Of a stretch of 46,525 nucleotides of DNA, positions 44,118-46,525 are shown piece by piece. The stretch spans positions 1 to 46,525 of IMG/VR virus record IMGVR_UViG_3300043443_000500; one strand, given 5' to 3'. The notes beneath the pieces are model-generated. The model did no database searches, was not told the DNA's origin, and was given only the letters and a program-made list of their open reading frames with translations. Source of the stretch: a virus. Taxonomy: Duplodnaviria; Caudoviricetes. The translations under genes were made by a program, and so were the position numbers. Position 1 is the stretch's first letter; every line of letters begins with the position of its first letter.

Positions 44118-46019
44118 TTATTTTGGATTGCTCCCAACCTCTGGAGCATTATCCGGAGTCTCTTTGGCTAACGCCTTGGGTGGTTTGTTTTCTGTGGTCG
44201 ATGGACTTTCGACTTTTTTCGGCAACCCACCCGTAGGAATGGAAGGTGAACCAACGCCTGCTTGGGATGTTTCTTCGGGCTTCTTCACGATCACATCTCG
44301 GAAGATGAGATCGATGATCTCTGGAGTCAGCAGAGGGAACGAAGCCCGTGCAATGGCTTTGCCGGATTCCAAAGGAACATCGCCAATGGAGCAACGATGC
44401 ACGATGTCTACAAGATTTGCGATCTGTGCCCCATTGAGAGCGGAATCCTGTACCTGATCCTGTCCACCGAATCCAGCCTGATGAGTACCGGACATATCGA
44501 CCCGTGCAGCAGGATTCATCGGATCGGTTTCAGCAGCCGTCTTCTTCTCTTCCACCGTAGGCTTAACAAAGTTCGATGCCTCGGTGTCATTGTCGAGTCC
44601 GAGTTCGGATCGGATAGTCTGGATCGACTTCACACCCATGTTGAAATAGATGGAGTTCATTTCCGCTTCCTTCTGATGCTCACGACTCTGGAGCGAGAAG
44701 GCTTCGGAGGTTACTCGAATATTCTTGAGGATTTCCATGGGGAATATGCCATGGTCGGCAGCTAGATAGAGTTGTTCCCAAGCGAGGGATCGATTGGGCT
44801 GGAATCTAGATTCGGCCAGGGATCGTCCAATAATCCCCTGCCATCGCTCAAAGGTTCTTCTGGCCGGTGCTTCTGCAATGAGTGCTGAAGAGTAGTTATT
44901 ATTTGATGCGTCACCGGACATGAGTGTTTCACTAATTCCAAACCTTGTAGCAAGCGATCTAAGGTTGGCTTGCAACACTTGTATGAGTCCTGCTGCATCG
45001 ACATTCGCTCCTGGAAATTCGTAATCCACATTGGCCGGGGCCGTGATGATCGATCCGTAGCCAAATCGCTCCAGTTTGATCGTTTCCCTGTCCCCGTCCA
45101 TCGTTGGGCCAGGGTCAAGTGTCGCATTAATGTGGTCGTCCACCATCTTGGCCATGGAATCGGGGGCCACATTGTTAACCTTGCGAACCATGGCGATCTT
45201 CGCCCGTGCCTTCGCCATCGTCACCGTGGAAGCTAGAATGTCCTCACAATTGGCTAAATTCTGGAACACAGGGTAAAAGGTCGTCAACCCACGCTTGGCA
45301 TTGGAATTCGTGCCAAACTTGATGTGGATGATCTCTTCGGCGGGAATAAAGGTCGGTTGCTGCGATTCCCAAGGACGCAGGATCACCTGATATCCAAGAA
45401 CCGTATTGATGTCATCCGGCTCCGTAATGATGCCAAATGAGTCCTTCGGACTATTCATGTCCTGTGAGTAACCCTGAACTAATTCGGGCTCTATAAAGCG
45501 AATTACAAGCATTCCATTGGCTTGGGGAAACTTCCTGAGAAATACCTCCCCATCCACATGGAGCCTGTACACAATCTCGTTCTCGACATCAACGAGGTTG
45601 TTGTACTCTCGGAACAAATCCAGCGTATGCTGAATCCTTGTCAGGTATTGCTCCGGAACCGGATTCTTCAGGTCTACCGATGCAGCTCGCCATTTAAATC
45701 CAGTAGCACCCACCACAAAAGACTGGAAACAAGATACCAGACCATGAGCAAACTCATTGGTGGCGTACACATATCTCGCACGGTCTCTGATAGATTTAAG
45801 CTGCCACCAAGTGAGATAGATCGGTAACTGCTCACCAGAAAGGTAATTGTTCCGAACAGCCAGTTGAGCAGGATTAACCCATCCACCAAAGCCACCACTA
45901 GGAAACTGAAACGGCCCATATTCCGATGAGTCATTCCAATACGGCCCCCACCCAGTGTTGTAATCACCAGTGTCGTAACTGATGGACTCAGACTTGGTTG
46001 ATGACTTATTCTCGAACAT
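44118..46019 (-). CDS. Portal protein (lambda-like)
   Basis: R.RAR.....N..A.G, DGEVFLR, IEPELV, IPAEEIIH, RGL, NYSSA; first large head gene. Confidence 0.88.
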   Translation of the reverse strand: MFENKSSTKSESISYDTGDYNTGWGPYWNDSSEYGPFQFPSGGFGGWVNPAQLAVRNNYLSGEQLPIYLTWWQLKSIRDRARYVYATNEFAHGLVSCFQSFVVGATGFKWRAASVDLKNPVPEQYLTRIQHTLDLFREYNNLVDVENEIVYRLHVDGEVFLRKFPQANGMLVIRFIEPELVQGYSQDMNSPKDSFGIITEPDDINTVLGYQVILRPWESQQPTFIPAEEIIHIKFGTNSNAKRGLTTFYPVFQNLANCEDILASTVTMAKARAKIAMVRKVNNVAPDSMAKMVDDHINATLDPGPTMDGDRETIKLERFGYGSIITAPANVDYEFPGANVDAAGLIQVLQANLRSLATRFGISETLMSGDASNNNYSSALIAEAPARRTFERWQGIIGRSLAESRFQPNRSLAWEQLYLAADHGIFPMEILKNIRVTSEAFSLQSREHQKEAEMNSIYFNMGVKSIQTIRSELGLDNDTEASNFVKPTVEEKKTAAETDPMNPAARVDMSGTHQAGFGGQDQVQDSALNGAQIANLVDIVHRCSIGDVPLESGKAIARASFPLLTPEIIDLIFRDVIVKKPEETSQAGVGSPSIPTGGLPKKVESPSTTENKPPKALAKETPDNAPEVGSNPK

Positions 46020-46053
46020 TTAAGACCTTTAGTGTGCTAAATGTATTTTGGTG

Positions 46054-46347
46054 CTATGCGTGGATAGTAGCATAACCATTTATTGTCCCGGACGCATTTC
46101 CGGTGGCCACCAGTTTTAGTCCAGAGGCAGAGTACACAATACCATCACCATGTTCTGAGAAACTGTAGATTTCATATGCAGCCAAATGTATCTTTCCCGT
46201 AACCGCCGTACCCGCTGCATTGGTGAAATAGAAGGTGCAGTCACAATCCGGTTGAATCGATATGACATTCAGACTGGTCGCACCAGAAGCTGATAGCGTT
46301 ATATTCGCAGGAATCGTTGCACTAATGACTGTCGTTGACAATGCCAT
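46054..46347 (-). CDS. Small beta-rich hypothetical protein (possible virion component)
   Basis: First ORF after the late promoter; GAAGGG RBS. Confidence 0.6.
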   Translation of the reverse strand: MALSTTVISATIPANITLSASGATSLNVISIQPDCDCTFYFTNAAGTAVTGKIHLAAYEIYSFSEHGDGIVYSASGLKLVATGNASGTINGYATIHA

Positions 46348-46377
46348 GATAAATGCCCTTCGGGTGAAGATACGCAA

Positions 46378-46406
46378 ATTGTATTAAGTTTTGTATTGTT
46401 TGGCAA
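46378..46406 (-). promoter_or_regulatory. Leftward promoter for the structural operon
   Basis: Minus strand TTGCCA-17 bp-TACAAT. Confidence 0.65.
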
Positions 46407-46525
46407 GAATGAAACTTGACGGTTTGGAAAATTTATGGAGAGTCGTTACCCTGGGGATAGGGGGTACACCAAAATGCAACTTGAGGGTTCCGAAAAATAG
46501 TGTCGTAGTTTCGAGAGGGGGGCGG
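46400..46525 (+). repeat. Exact terminal direct repeat, right copy
   Basis: Identical to 1-126. Confidence 0.95.

Larger units (their letters stand above)
1..46525. mobile_element. Complete-looking tailed phage genome (siphovirus-like, no tail sheath)
   Basis: Terminase, portal, protease, capsid, tail tube, tape measure, fibres and replication genes are all present; no host housekeeping genes; ends overlap exactly. Confidence 0.95.

Noticed and set aside
46400-46525. 126-bp end repeat as a biological direct terminal repeat
   Set aside because: The length fits a k-mer overlap (k about 127) from circular assembly and the boundary falls inside a predicted promoter; it cannot be called biological without reads.
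1-46525. Stop-codon reassignment
   Set aside because: Core genes are full length under the standard code and TAA, TAG and TGA all end genes; no suppressor tRNA was seen.

Overview
The window looks like a complete, circularly assembled genome of a tailed dsDNA phage with siphovirus organisation. The unique length is about 46,399 bp, because bases 1-126 are repeated exactly at 46400-46525. Modules in order: (1) AT-rich non-coding control region (about 130-800). (2) Rightward early cluster of small ORFs joined by a repeated AGACCC(C)T-(A/G)TTTT...AAGGA junction motif, plus a GP88-family protein, a C5 cytosine methyltransferase with a nested alternative-frame gene, and a GIY-YIG/T5orf172-like protein. 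(3) Leftward cluster: Arc-like regulator, PD-(D/E)XK exonuclease, RusA, DUF6378, NinC/PAPS-reductase family. (4) Rightward replication cluster: AAA_24/Sak4-like ATPase, two DUF669-like SSBs, SF2 helicase, Prim-Pol/DUF3987. (5) A terminase unit detached from the portal. (6) A long leftward late region: portal, protease/scaffold, decoration, capsid, head-tail, two tail-tube paralogs, G/GT chaperones with a -1 slippery site, tape measure, repeat-rich fibres. (7) A lysis-position module with no recognisable glycosidase or amidase endolysin, which instead has a holin-like protein, two signal-peptide proteins and a papain-like C1 cysteine peptidase. No integrase, CI-type repressor, DNA polymerase, tRNA, CRISPR array or reverse transcriptase was recognised. 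A Planctomycetota host is inferred from recalled protein motifs only. All family calls come from motif recognition by eye; no database search was run.
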